Source: Antedon mediterranea (taxonomy: Eukaryota > Animalia > Echinodermata). Taken from it: DNA of 64,000 nucleotides. Both the position numbers and the translations under genes were made by a program. The stretch lies in assembly GCF_964355755.1 (NCBI RefSeq), contig NC_092676.1:20974871-21038870 (forward strand), in the 5' to 3' direction. Below are positions 25,201 through 39,200 of the stretch, piece by piece. Each line of letters starts with the position of its first letter. Within the stretch, counting starts at the first letter, position 1. Under the pieces are notes generated by a model that was not told the DNA's origin, did not search any database, and saw nothing but the letters and a program-made list of their open reading frames with translations.

Positions 25201-28200
25201 TAGATTCAGTAACAGAGAAGCGTTTTTAATAGATAAACATATCTACCGAGTCACATCTACTCTTCTATTTCACAATGTCACCGATATGGATTCTGGAAAA
25301 TATAGTTGTTATGGAAGCAATGTTGCAGGGAAGAAGCATCGTTCAACAGAAGTACTTATTTCAGGTATTTTAATTCAATAATTCTGGTAATTAACCCAAT
25401 CTACCGCATTTGACAGCGTCGTACGACGAGGCATGACGAGTCATTTCGTCGGGAGAAAGTTACACATGTCTCGTCGGGATTCAACTTTGAAGTTTCGTCG
25501 GGACTCGTTGTAGGACGATGTCTGAGTTGGTCTTAACAATATGTGCACCCAGGCTTATGAATTATATATATCATTATTTCGTTTTAATATTCAGGAGAAG
25601 ATTGTCCAATTCCGGAAGATGTTGGAAACAGTGATTTAGGGGTAGAAGGGATTCGACATGGATCAAGACACGTGTACACGTGCAAGAAGGGTTATACAAT
25701 GGTTGGAGTGCCTATACTACAGTGTGTCAATGGAAAATATAACGAGAAACCACCAAGTTGCTTTGGTAAGACAGGATCACTTGCTGAGCTTGACTTCATA
25801 TCTACGTATAGGCCTACTGTTGTTTTACTATATTAATATTTTCGTATGTTAAAAGAAAACGAAAAAAAAATAGGAAAGCGACGAAGAACAGAAAAAACGA
25901 TAAAACAAAAATAAGGACATTTTACACGTAACATAAAGAATTTTAATAATCAAATAATCAAAGAAAATTCTCGTATTTTAATGACTAGGCCTATACCATT
26001 TCGTGTCCCATGTTTTAAATCTTGTTTCATCATACTGACATTTTAAAATTAATTTCCAATTTGTTACGATATAAATATACGATATATTTTAAGGATACTG
26101 ATTTTTGTTTTGACTATTGGAACTTTTGACAGTTTTGCATTTCTAAACTATTGTATTGATTTATAACCAATCTTGTTGTACCTTGTACTATTTTACTATT
26201 TTACTATTTTAAAATAATATAAAATATTGCTTCTTAGAGTATTTTCTAACTAAATAAGATAAATTCAACACAAATAAAGACATTTGAACAATTTACAGCC
26301 GATTGTGGAAATCAATCGAGGTTTATGGGTACACATGACTACCTACAACATGGCAGTACTGGCAAGCTGTTATGTCATGAACATCTAGGCTACTATCTTG
26401 GTGGGAGTGGTCATGTTAGCTGCCTGAATGGAACCACTATAGGCGATTCAAAATGCTATAGTAAGATGCTATCAGATGTATAGTTTAAAGGCCCATTTAC
26501 ACTAGGTGATACCTGAAACAAAGGAAATTTTATAAGTTTTCATCCTAGAACTATAGAATAACCATCTATGCTGTCTTTGATGAAAATGATGTTTTCACAC
26601 GTCCAATTAAATGACGTCATGATTAGTATGAGCAATAATATAGTGACAAGACAACTTATTGTTTTATTATTATCATGACGTCATTTGATCAAAGACAGCG
26701 TAAATGATTATGCTATAGTTCTAGAACAAAACATTTTCTAATTTCTTTTGTTTTATACAAGCAAAATGTATGTTTTATCTATTTATCGTCGATCGTTATA
26801 GTTCTAATGTAAATCGGCCTTAAGACATACAGTAGGCCTAGTTCCTGAATTATTATTTCAGAGAAACCTAATCTCTCTCGACCCTGATAATTTGAATATC
26901 ATTATTCGTAATCATTTATCATGACACCTGTTATTTCAAATACGATATCGTTACATATACATACTATGTAAATGATTTAGGACACTTAATGATAACTAGG
27001 TTGTGCTTACCTCGAAAATGTTTTTAGAAATAAATTATAGTTGTTTGTACATAATATACAGTCAGTAAATGTTAATTGCACATTACGGATACACCTATTA
27101 ATTGAAATGCATTTTAAACAAGGTCGTCTCTTATAAAGAAATTAATGAATGTAAATGATCTATGATATAGAATTAATATACCAGGAACATGTTTATAAAT
27201 ATAATTATTGTTACTTTTATTATATTAATTTTAGAGCCACCATCATTTCAAGAAAGGCCAGTAGATGATTACGTAATTGAGAACCGAGATATTATGTTGA
27301 AGTGTATCCCCGGTGCTGATGATTCGATTATCACGTGGTACAGGGGTGAAAATGAGGTCAGGGATACGCATTTAGATGCCATAAAATTCATATGTCAGCT
27401 TTCGCTTGGTGACAGTCTGCTGCCGGAGTTTTGTGCTACTCCTCCCAAGTTGCAAGTTACTAACAACCGCTTTAGCTCTGGCTTGGTATGTGCTCGTAGG
27501 TTTGCCTTGTAAGTAACATTAAAATCGGCACTCCCGCAACTCAAGATCAACCCGTTGAGAAATGGAATTTCCGAGAAACGTCGCTTTAATAATAATATTT
27601 ATGACGTCAAACGTATGACGTCATTGATTAGTCAACTTTCAGCCAATCAGATTAATTTACTGTAGATGTCTTCCCTAACTTGGGGCAATAGTCCGACTTG
27701 GACGCACGGGTGACGCTACGACATAGGCGTAACGCAAGCGAGTCGACAAATCACAAGCGATAGTTCGGATGATCCATCGCGTCCGTGATTGGTCAAATTA
27801 CTTTGCGTCCAAGCCTAAAGACTGACTTACAATAGATTTGTTGCGTTCGTGTCGAACGAATTTAATCGTAGGCCTACTGTAAAGTACTGTATATCGGAAC
27901 CTCTCACTGTTACTTCTATTCATTGTAGAAGTTACATTTACGACGTCAATCGTGAGTATGAAGTAATCACTCGAAATTAGTGAGACGTAGTTATAGTGTA
28001 ATGCTTACTTTAACCTTCCCTTCTTTAACTAACTTTGAATATTATGCTGATTTAGCAAGGTGGCTTGAATTGCTAACGCCAATTCTGTGTGTGCTTGCTT
28101 GTTTTTGACGTTGATTTTACACTTACAATTGTATAAACATTATTAAGACCTACTACAGTAGTTATAACCATTGTAGTGTTAACTGTATTAACATATACAA

Positions 28201-31200
28201 GCCGTGTACCTTTGATATCTACTACGGTTGCCAATAATACCTGTGTGATCAAGGCAATCTAACAACAGGACGCTGAGCTCGCCTTGCCGAGAGAGGAACC
28301 CGTAACAGTGTCTGACTGCAACAAATGCCAACAGTACTGTACACATTCTTCGCGGCGGCGCGTGGTAGGGTGATCGTGTCACAGCCACAGATAAAAACTT
28401 TGATCTAAGGAGCTCAGCATCTTCTTGTTATATTGCCTTGGTTTAACACATTTTCGTTTAGTCAGAAAAGTAAAACTAATGTAGGCCTAATTTTAGAAAA
28501 ATGAAATATTATTTTTTAAAGAAAATACCATACGTGTATACGAGTATAACTCAAGAAAGTGTCCGAAGTAATATCATTATGAATAGTTTATATATATGCA
28601 TAAATATCTAAACGCCCTATGTGACAAAGGTATCATTCAATAATACAGGAGCAAATAAAAATCTACCTGTGAGACTTGTGGGGTTATATTAATTTAATCA
28701 AACACGATTTATTGTAGATGTTACTGGATGAGAAGACGGACGAACAATCGAGGATTTCGAAGGCTATGAATGGATCTGTGTTGATTATCAAGGGGGCAAC
28801 AGCCCAGGACGCTGGCCCCTATACTTGCAAGATTTCCAATCCGGTCGGTACTGCTACCTCAACTGCCCGTCTTACGGTCATTGGTAAGTTGGTCGGCAAG
28901 TTAACATATCCACGTTGCTATTATTTTAATATCTTTTAACTATTAATTTTCTACTATATCAGTGCTTAGGTGATATACCAATTTCAAGATCCTTTCTAGC
29001 CGTTTTAGTTATTTGAAATGTACTGTAGGTGTGACTTAAAGTAGGCCTACTATGTGACATGCGTCATTTGTGATGTGATCGGAAATGTGGGAATGGATTT
29101 GTGTTTTAATATCAATGTTTATCATCTATATTTATTATTTCAGGAGAGAATCGTTTGCCACACATTGTGGAACCACTCGATCCTATAACTGTATATGCTG
29201 GAGAGAACGTTCAGCTAAAATGCGCGAATAAAGGTGATCCAGCCCCTAACGTAACCTGGCTCTTTGAAGCTGCCCCTATCACAACTGGTCATTCTGATAC
29301 GCTTATTGTAGACTCGACACTCTTTATCACCAAGTCAGAAGCTAAGAATTCTGGGAGATATACATGTGTTGCTACCAATACGTATGGAACAGATACTGCC
29401 AATTTTACGTTAACAGTTTTAGGTAAGAGCCGCTTGTAGGACCAAGCCCGTAGCCAGAGGTTTGACAAAAAATAAAGACTGACAGCAAAAGCACTAAAAT
29501 ATGAAAATTATTTTAGGCTAGGCCTACATCTATCTTTTCTTCAGTTGCTTATGCTTGTCCTCGCCCTTTTTGCGGAAAAATATACAGACAAACATTTATA
29601 TTAATATATCTTTTATAGTCTACATAGGCTACACTATAAACAACTAGGCCTATAGCCAGATTAACTAATTTCAACTAAAGTATGTTCTTTTCTTTTCTAT
29701 AGAACCTTCAACTGAGCCACCTTCTCCGCCAGAACGAATTGGATATGTAAAAGACCCAGAAAGTCAACTGAGGGCGTTGCTAATGTGTCCATACGGTGGC
29801 AAAGCCGAAGAAGCTGTTCGCTGGACATTCGATGACGGGGATCTAAAATCTACGTTACGACACTACACCGTCACTAACCGTCGTCTCATCATCCACGACG
29901 CCGATGAGTCGGATAACGGCATTTATACGTGTACTGTACACACAACTAAAGGGATTCAAACCTTCAGAACCATTTTGACCATCACCCCGTCAGGTATATA
30001 GCTGTAATTAAAACAGTTTTTGTGTAGTTTTATGAGATCTAGTGTTCGTATGTAGTGGTATATTTTGTGATTAATATATATAACTGGAACGTTTGTTCGT
30101 TTTTCTCTGGCTTTAGACGCAATTCAACAGAAAGGATTAATATATTCCGGTGAAGACGAGGTTCTATCCGATTCTGGGTTCACAAATCCATCTGCAAGAC
30201 CAGCGGAAGAGTCACCCGAGTTCCACACGACAACCATTGCTACCCCTCCTGACTACACAGAACCGCAAAAGAAACATCCCACTAAGCCTTCGCTGAAACA
30301 GGCAGACAGTGCGCCAAAAGCTTCGTCAGATTGCAGTCCTTGTTCCGGTAGGCAAAAATAAGTACTATTATTCTTTTACCGTAGGCTATTTGGAGACTGC
30401 GGAAAACTTGTGTCCACACCTCAAAGACACCATTGAAGTTTAACCAGAGTTAAAAACGCAGTGTACTTGTAATTTGTATCTTTCTTTGTGACTTTTAAGT
30501 TATTTTAGTACATTCTCTTCTCTTTTTAGAGCCTAAAATCAAACCACGCAGACGCGATATCAACGATACCGGCCTACCTGATTATTTTCGTGGATGGGTT
30601 GATGTTCAGGGACAAGGTGCTGCAAATGATTATTGCCGGTAAGTTGTGCAAGTTTCCAGTTAAACGATACATTTGTAATTAAATTAAAAGTACTAAACTT
30701 CTAATAATTGTTTTATTTGAGTTTCTGAATGGTTTTCAGTGTGTATATTCCTATTTGCCCGTGTTAAGACATTACTGATCCCCAGTTAGCGGTGATGGTG
30801 TATCCCCATACTTCGGTTTGGTGCTAGCTTGATGTTTTTGTCTCTTCCTTTTGGTTTCCTCTCTTTATCTTTATTGTCGAACGCATATAGACATCGTTTA
30901 TTTGCGCTATATAAATCTATCATTATGACAATTTAAGCGTTTTATATAATACGTTTTTGTGTACTGAACAAAATAAATTGCGTCATGATGGTGTCGTTTT
31001 AGGCACTTTCTTATTTGGCATGACGTTGTGATGTCATATCGACGTATAATAGTAATTGACATCCTCTAGATTCAGTATCATCCTCATCGATTGTAATTGT
31101 TTAGCCTCGGATATCTTTCCTATGATAGATTGATTAACCCGAGTCCTAACCAATTGATGCTTGCGTGTGCGTTAGCGGGTACACAGGGTGAGAGCCAGTA

Positions 31201-31635
31201 CAACTACGTGTCGACGTCGAATCTCGACCCAGGGTACAAGGAAACATCGTACATGAAAGATGAAGACGGAGATGGGAAGGATGATTACTGCAGGTGAGAC
31301 AAAATACCAAGCCAATCTAAGTCACAGATTGATAAGAAAACGAAACTAAACTTACCGGTACTCTATCCAAAACAAAAGAAATAGACCTTATATAATGTAT
31401 GGTACTGTGTCGTATTGTTGATTACGGTTATTATTGTTTTTATTAAAGATGTGTTGGAGCGGGAAGAGAAATGTACGTTTGGTGTATGAAAGCGTCTGAA
31501 GACGGCTTTGTAGGCAAAGCGGCTGGTGGCAGGGCCTGGCCAAGCCAATACACGTTCGTGGCACCAGGACCTCGAAGCGTACTACGCAAGTGCAGAAAAA
31601 TAAAAGTTGATCCGTTCTTCGGCCAACCTGTATGA
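10260..31635 (+). CDS. Secreted mosaic protein: SP - Frizzled CRD - Kunitz - Ig x3 - Sushi/CCP x2 - Ig x3 - linker - DYCR/FG-GAP-like repeats (~1172 aa)
   Basis: 19 GT-AG exons with consistent phases, total 3519 nt: 10260-10604, 18895-19042 (Fz CRD); 21337-21510 (Kunitz, FTYGGCAGNRNRF); 23104-23374, 23814-23953, 24237-24378, 24519-24631, 24951-25092, 25204-25364 (Ig1-3, DxGxYxC); 25595-25765, 26299-26460 (CCP); 27235-27356, 28718-28883, 29144-29422, 29703-29993 (Ig4-6); 30117-30347, 30530-30638, 31129-31293, 31449-31635 (stop TGA). No TM segment. Confidence 0.85.
16932..17013 (+). mobile_element. Short HINE-like element related to 8840-9663
   Basis: TTTTTAG..CACTATGTCGGTCGGTCGG...GCACGCGACT...GCCTTGTTTT. 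Confidence 0.6.
22005..22300 (+). mobile_element. tRNA-derived SINE with CORE/Deu-like central domain and LINE-like tail
   Basis: A box TGGCGCAGTG, B box GGTTCGAATCC, central GTATCCTTAGGCAAGATACTT...CAGGTGTATAAATGGG, 3' GCGCTATATAAAT followed by (TAT)n. Confidence 0.8.
26488..26821. mobile_element. Harbinger-like MITE
   Basis: TIR AAGGCCCATTTACACTAG / CTAATGTAAATCGGCCTT plus internal inverted repeats; related TIRs at 36628-36809. Confidence 0.6.
28249..28441. mobile_element. MITE, TIR CAAGGCAATCTAACAAC..CTGAGCTC
   Basis: ~33-bp imperfect TIRs; a second copy in the opposite orientation at 40523-40732. Confidence 0.7.
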
Positions 31636-33258
31636 TTGTTAAATAGAGCTCTTTTAAGACTTTGTAAATATCTATATATGTGTAAATTATTGTTTTTATG
31701 TTTGAATCCCTTCAGGATAAAAAATATACATTTTGTTGAACATTATAATGTCTTCTAAAATTAAGAAAACGTTTTCTGACCGATCAGAAGATCCGACCAG
31801 TATGTATACGACTTTTAGAGAGAGTCGGAGTCGAAAGAGTAATAGAAGTTTATTCATGTGAGGGAACCGAGATGGCTTTACAATACATACAACATGTATG
31901 TAGTGAATGTTTAATTTAAAAGATTGTTTTATTGTTCGGAGGCTTGATTTCTGCTCTTTGTACGTTTTCGTCTCCAACCTTTCAAAGTTTATTCTAGAAA
32001 TGTAAACATGTTTAGGTTGAGCTAAAATTACTCAATAATATGTGAGCCTGATTAGGTAAGGCTTACATGATGTCATTATATACATAATTTATGTTAAAGT
32101 TATTATTAAATCTATACCTCTTGTAGGAATGTTCAATGTAGCTATATTACACAGATAAAAATCATTGTCAACACATTACATGCGCGCTTATTTGTCTATA
32201 GCGCCTACCTATGTGATATGAGTACAGTATTTGAGAGAGGCAGCCTGCTAATAAAAATAGGTCCAGCTCAGGGATGATTTTAAAAATGTTTTTATTCAAG
32301 AGTTGTTAAGAATATCGAGGTAAAAGCAAATAAAAGAGTGAAGTCAAGATGCTTACTTTGTATTGTAATTTTGTGTCTATTATTATTATAAAAACGTTTG
32401 CGAACAAAAGCGAGAAAAAAAAGTCATTGAAATTTCACTAACTTCGGAATATATTAATATTTATTTTAGGATGAAAAGTTCCAATGATGACATAATAAAT
32501 ATTTATAACTATTAACTGATGAATAATGGTGGTGGTAGGTCCGATCCGACGATTAAAACATTTTACTACTACAGATAAATGTAAATAATTTTAAATATAG
32601 CGCCCTCTTTTTTGAATGTGATGGCGCCCGCTTTTAAATTTCACAGGAAGTTTTCGTGTTCAATCAAGCATGTAAATGGCAACAGGGATTGGCTCAGACT
32701 CAGTTTGGTATTTGAAAAAAAAAAGGAGTTAGCAGCAGGTATGTTATTAAATTATATAGACCTAGGCCTATACAGTATTATCAAGTTTAAAAAAAATATA
32801 AATTGTCTTTTTGTCTAGGTTAGATTTAGTCTAGAGTATGTTAAACAACACTCGTGGGATGTCGTATACGCAGGCGTAGTTAGCTGGCCAGTGTGTAGGC
32901 CTAGTAAGTACCACTCTCTATTTAAGTGCACACCGCCGACCACCCGACCAGCACCAGGCAGGCAGTATGCTGCGGGGAGAGAGGCTCTCAACGACTATAC
33001 CGGGAATCCGTTGCAATGCATCCATACCTCACCGGTCTAGCTAGGCTACATTGTTAGGCATATGCCTATTAGTTTTTTCTATCTTTTATTTCAGCTGTGG
33101 AGTGGGTCATGCAGGAGGACAGGATAGATGAGTGAGATTCATTATAAATGATGTAACATTTTAAATGGGAAGTTTAGTTTATTAATAAACAACAAAACGA
33201 AATATTTTATCCAGTACTGCTGTCCTACTACTGTACTTCTACTAGGCCTACAACCAAA

Positions 33259-36200
33259 ATGGATGAACTAGAAAATAAGAGTGAACTAACATACTTTACA
33301 AGTAAAGAATGCAAAAGAAATGAAACACTGAAAAAACCAAAAACATACCAACCAAACTATGAAACTCAACCAAATACTAGTGATACTTTAGTACTTGAAC
33401 CAGAAGGCGAAAACTGTGAACCTTTGGTACAACTTAATGACGTAATTGTAGAGTCCAACATAGCAAATGTACAACTCGAAGGCAACCGCAATACATCTGG
33501 CATACAACCTCCGGAATTTGAAACCACAGAATCGTATCCAGAACGAAACAATTCATCTGAAACATTTGTTGAACTGGACAAAGCCGATGAAAACAGAATG
33601 CAAACTGAATGTAAAGATGATTGCAACAAAAATGAAAACATGATGGAATCATGTGAAACCATACAAGTAAATTCCGAAACCAATGAACTGCCAGAATTCA
33701 ATGACATTGTAAATTTAGACAGTGAAAACATTTCAATGTCTTCAGAATCAGAGGTGAAACCCATTAAACTTTTAAAATGCGAAACCGATGAATTTCCAGA
33801 ATGCGAAACCGACGAACACCTGGAATATGAAACCGATGAAAATCGGGAATTAAAAGCACACAGAGACACCCCAGATAGTGAAACGTTTGAGCATCTGGAA
33901 TTAGAAACCAATGAAAATCTGGAGTTAGTAACCGATGAAAAACCAGAATGTGATAAAGACGATGGTATGATCTATGATGAGTATGGTTTTGCGTGTGTGG
34001 ATGCCAAAAATGACACGATTGAACGACAACATGAATATACCAAAAGGTGATGAAAAACATTTTGCTAATTTTAAATAAGGATGGGTTGGAAGGTTATACA
34101 ACATAATTAATTGTTCATTCTCCCTTAATTAATTGCACTTTTAAAATCATTCAAATGACCATCAATTTGTGTATGGTTCTCATTTTTGACAGTATGAGGC
34201 CTAATATCTAATAAAAACCTCCTGTTTTTGTGGCAAACAAGAGACTTACTGTATTGCATTGGAAAATATGGAAGATCAATTACCAATATTGTCAATCTAT
34301 CAAAAATTAAATATTTATTTCCTTCAATTACAATTTACAGCAAAGATGGAAACAAATCTATAACAACAATGAAATGTATTACTGTAATAAGGTTTATAAG
34401 GGCAAAATACTATCATTGTTCAGCCGGAATGACTATAAAATGAAGGAACTATGGTTATTGGTAACTTTGCTCTAAATGTTGTTTTGTCTGTTCAACCTCA
34501 TTGACTATAAATTAAAAAAACAAATTAATATACAGGCTAAAATGAAGCCATACAAAGAACAGGGTGGAGTCAGGCAAACAGACATAACCTTTAACTTAAT
34601 AAATATAAATTAAAATCAAGTTAAGTTATCAGAACTATACACAATTAATGAATTTTATTTCAATTTACAGCGCCCTGTCAGAATCTCAACAACAAGCACT
34701 ATCCAAGTTTCTTGATCAGATTTCAGGTGATATTGATAACAAATCCCTAGGTAAACTGCAATCACACATCCGTAGAGGAATTCCACACCATTTGAGAGGG
34801 AAGCTATGGAAAGCTGTTTTGGGAATAAATAAGCTACAGGCTTCAAGCAAATTCAATTATTTGGTATTTACAGTTAATTTGTTTAATAAAAAGAGGTCAA
34901 TAGGTTGATCTTGACAATTTGAATACTGTATATGATTTGTCTTTTGTATTCGTTTAGCTCTATGAAAGGAAATGTCTTTCTTCCGTAAAATCTGTTTGGC
35001 TGGTATCAATAGGACAATAGCACTAAAGATAATTTCTCCATAAAATAGTAATTATATTAAGTGCTCAGAAAGAAAGACTTTGCGAAAATGCACCCGATTC
35101 CCAGTGCTGTGTCTCCACATACTGTACTATCTATTGATGTAGGTTACTGTTAACTTGGGATTTTAATAAGCATTTTTGCACCATTAGAACCCATATTAAG
35201 GAAAGGGGACACCTTGGGCTCAACAAAGTGTCCCCACAATAGAGGTTGGTTGTAGTGTTAAGTATTTCCCCTCTTTTGTTTAACACAGGAAGTGTCCCCT
35301 GTCTGAATAGGGTATCTCAAAGTTCTATTGTGTGTTTGTGTGTTTGTTTGTTTTATTTTTATACTGGGTGACCTCTTCAGTCAAAGACTGATCTCCCAGA
35401 GGGCCCAGTTGGTGATCAGTGGCTATGATGTACTAATACACCGGGGTAACCCCCTATTCGTCTCCAAAGATGTACTAGGTTCTTTAAAGTGCACACGAGC
35501 AAGTTGTGTACACTGGACCTACGGTTTATAGTCCTTATCCGAGAAAACTCGTTCTACCACCAGAACCATGGAGTGAGTGAGCCTCGAACCCCTGCCGATG
35601 TTATGGCTACGTGATTACGGTTCCACTGTCTTAACCGCTCGGCCACTCACTCACTCTGTACACTATTGATTAATTTTTTTGAAAACCAATATGTATGGTC
35701 TATACTGTATAAAGGATGTTTGCATTTCAGTAGTTCTTATAATACAATAACTAAAAGTTTTGTACTTACTGGTACTGACATACTGTACATGTCAAAGCAA
35801 GTAAATTCTAATACAAATTGTGTATGTTTTTGTTCAAACTGTCTAACTACAAAGCAAGTAATATACTTGACAAATGATTAAATAGTAAAATATTTGCAGT
35901 TACTGTACCCTCAAACCTTGACTGAACAAGTGCTGCTTTTATGTAAATTCCAAGTTCAATAAACACCACAGACAAAACATTATAGCACAGATCTTATTAA
36001 CAAGCATTATCAATCGCAAATCTCCACTTGTTTTTCAGTTGAATGTTCAGTTACTGCGGCAGCAGTTAGTGGACCTAAATATCAGCGAATATTGCTCTAG
36101 TAAATTAGCGTCCGACAGTTTAGACGACTACAACGTGGAGTTTTATGAAAAGTCGCATATTCCAGTCACCGTTATCCGTCAAATCTCTGTAGACGTCGGT

Positions 36201-39200
36201 ATGTAGCCTTGAATTATTTTGTGTTATGGTCAACATCTTTATTTTGCATTAATATTGTAAAAAATATTTTTATAATGCATTATTCATTATTAGAATTATA
36301 CATAAAAAGAACTACATGAATATGATTAATACCCTATTGTAGTAAATATATTATATTAAAAAATATACAGGACAGTAAATTAAATATATAATGATTCACA
36401 ATCAATACTAATTTAATATGCTATTGTTAACAGTACAGTAATTCTTGAATTATAAATAAGTATTTTAACCCAAGGCCGAATGTAAAAAACATGTTGTGCA
36501 GTGTACACTAATTAAATTATTATTCACACAGAATAAATCTAAACTAATTACTAAATATTCTCTCAAAAGGCTAAACTAGCAAAAGTAAAAAAAAAAGCAA
36601 TGAGATCATTTTACTGTAGTGGGTATAAAGGCCAGTTTACACAGACGAACGGTAACAATAAACGGAAAACCGCGTAGCTTGTCCCACGAAGAATCTGTAT
36701 CTAGTATCTAAGCGTAAAAAACATCCGCGATATGTGTAAATGGTCATAAGGAATAATATAGATTCTATATTTTTATTACCGTTACTGCCAGTCTGTGTAA
36801 ATTGGCCTTAAAGTGTAAAAACACCATCAAGACCCTTATTCCAATCCACCCCAATTTTTAATTTGCGATATATCTTTTTACCTTGACTTTAGATCGTACG
36901 TTCCCACTTCATCGTAGATTTCGTGGCAATGGGGTAGAGGGCGTTGAGGGGCGGGCAGCATTGTTTCGTGTTCTTGCTGTTTATGCCAGATACAACCCAG
37001 CTGTTGGCTACTGCCAGGGTAAGAATATTGCTTATGGAATATGATTATTTACTGTAAGCCCTCCAATATAACACCAGATAGAGGGTGGTAAGGGAGAGGT
37101 CAAGAGGGAACAATATGGAGCGCATGTGATGTATTGAGGGAGGATTCATACCAACTACAACGAACAAACCTGTGTTGTCATTTGTTTATGTCTGAGTCCA
37201 TAATATATAATAACCAACATATGGACGATAAAAATGTGATTTCTAAATCTATAAACTATGTTAATAGCCAGTCTTAAAGTCTTAAAAACAAATTGAGAGT
37301 TGGCTATTATATTATCAAATAAATATTTATATTTTTTTTAATTGTAGGTATGTCTTATATAGTCGGAATGCTCTTAATGAATCTAGATGAAGTTGATGCA
37401 TTTTGGGTAATGGTCGTGTTATTTGAAAAGGCCAAGTATCTGTCGGGCTACTTTAACTCATCCATGGGCAGGTACAGATACTTTGAATTGCATAGTTTAT
37501 AACATAAACAATAAATTGTAGAGGCATAGTTGTTATGTCTGTGTAACATACAATATACAGACATTCACTAGTATAGGAGTATTACGGTACCATAGAAATT
37601 TGGAGACTTTCGCATTGCTTATTTTGAGTTCCATTTTCCATAACTTTTTGATGAAATTTTTTTACATATCTTAATAGTTTTATGGAATAAAATGATTTTG
37701 ATTGATAACAACAAAAATTATGCAAAAATTGTATGCATTCTTTAGACATACTGTAGAAGAACCTCCCTACTCTTCCTTTCCGACACTTTATTGTGGGGAC
37801 ATCATCACTATTAAAGAGACATTTTCCCATGAAATTAACAAAAGACAATATATGGCCATGGCCAACCACTATTCAGAGGCCAACCAAAAAAAAGAAAAAG
37901 AGAAGAGAGAAAATGCCCTTTTATTAATAGGGATTCTACTGCACTTTAATATTTAAATCTACTCTTTACTTAATATCCCTGTTTTTCTTAATAAATAAAT
38001 GCATCTAATCTACATAAATATATTAAAAATATTGTCTCCATATTTAAATCAACAGTATTTAAATTACTCGGTTTTACTTTTCATATAATACCATACGTTA
38101 TGTTTAATGTTGCAGAATACAGCGTCATGCAGAGGTTTTTAAATGTCTACTTAAGCAAAGAAAGCCATTACTGTATAGGCATCTGGTAAGCTAATTCAAC
38201 TCATTAAATATGTTTTTGCTGTTTATTCAAATTGACAATCGTGAAATAAGGCCTATCTATAATAATTATGTTTTTAGTCGAAGAATATATTTTTTAATTT
38301 TCTTTTATCCACTTATTTTCATTTCAAATATCTATTTTGTCTAAGTGATGATTAAAACACACATAACAATTATTATGTAATGCCCATGACTTGATTGATT
38401 GTATATATTCGAGTTGTAGTTCTCTTCTCTAATGTCAGTTTATCCAAGTAAGCTAGCACTTATAGACTACCATCAACACCTCATGTGTAATTAGTTACAA
38501 GTTTATTTAGTCAAATTACCAAGAACTATAACATTTTTCACTGCACTGATATTCATGTAAAAAATGCATGCCCAGTACAAAATAAACACACAATGTTCCA
38601 TATAAAAATGTAGAAAGTAGAGTTTGTGAATAATAATCATATTAGTTATTGAGAGACTCAAATATATTAATTCAAAACAAGTTAATTTCATTATAATTTC
38701 ATCCTTGTCAATGCATTGTTTGATCTATTGATTTCTATTGATTATCATTATACTACTATTTAAACAGATTGATTGAAAATCCTAGTGCATTTTAGGAAGG
38801 ATACCATATTGATTTTTGCATAATGCAACAAGTACTACACATTAAAGCTTAATATCATTGTTTTCCTCAATAAATAAATGTGTCTATTCTAATCTACACC
38901 AAACATATAGATATAATATTAATAATACTGTCTTCAATACACAATATATACCATATTAAAAATACCGTCTCCACTACACAATATATATTAAAAATACTGT
39001 CTCCACTAGACAACGCAAGGACAAAAGCGCAACGCAAGTAATTTGACCAATCACAACATGAATTGAATGAATTGTGTTTGTTCCACGGACTTGCGTTGCA
39101 CTTAAATATTTTAAATTTAACAAAAGTGAATTACCTGTTACGTAAACAAAATTATCCTTCGTGGGCGTTGATATTTCCTGTACAATAGGCTTAATTTGTG

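Noticed and set aside
33366-34060. Minus-strand ORFs of 72-181 aa
   Set aside because: Antisense shadows of the acidic TBC exon.
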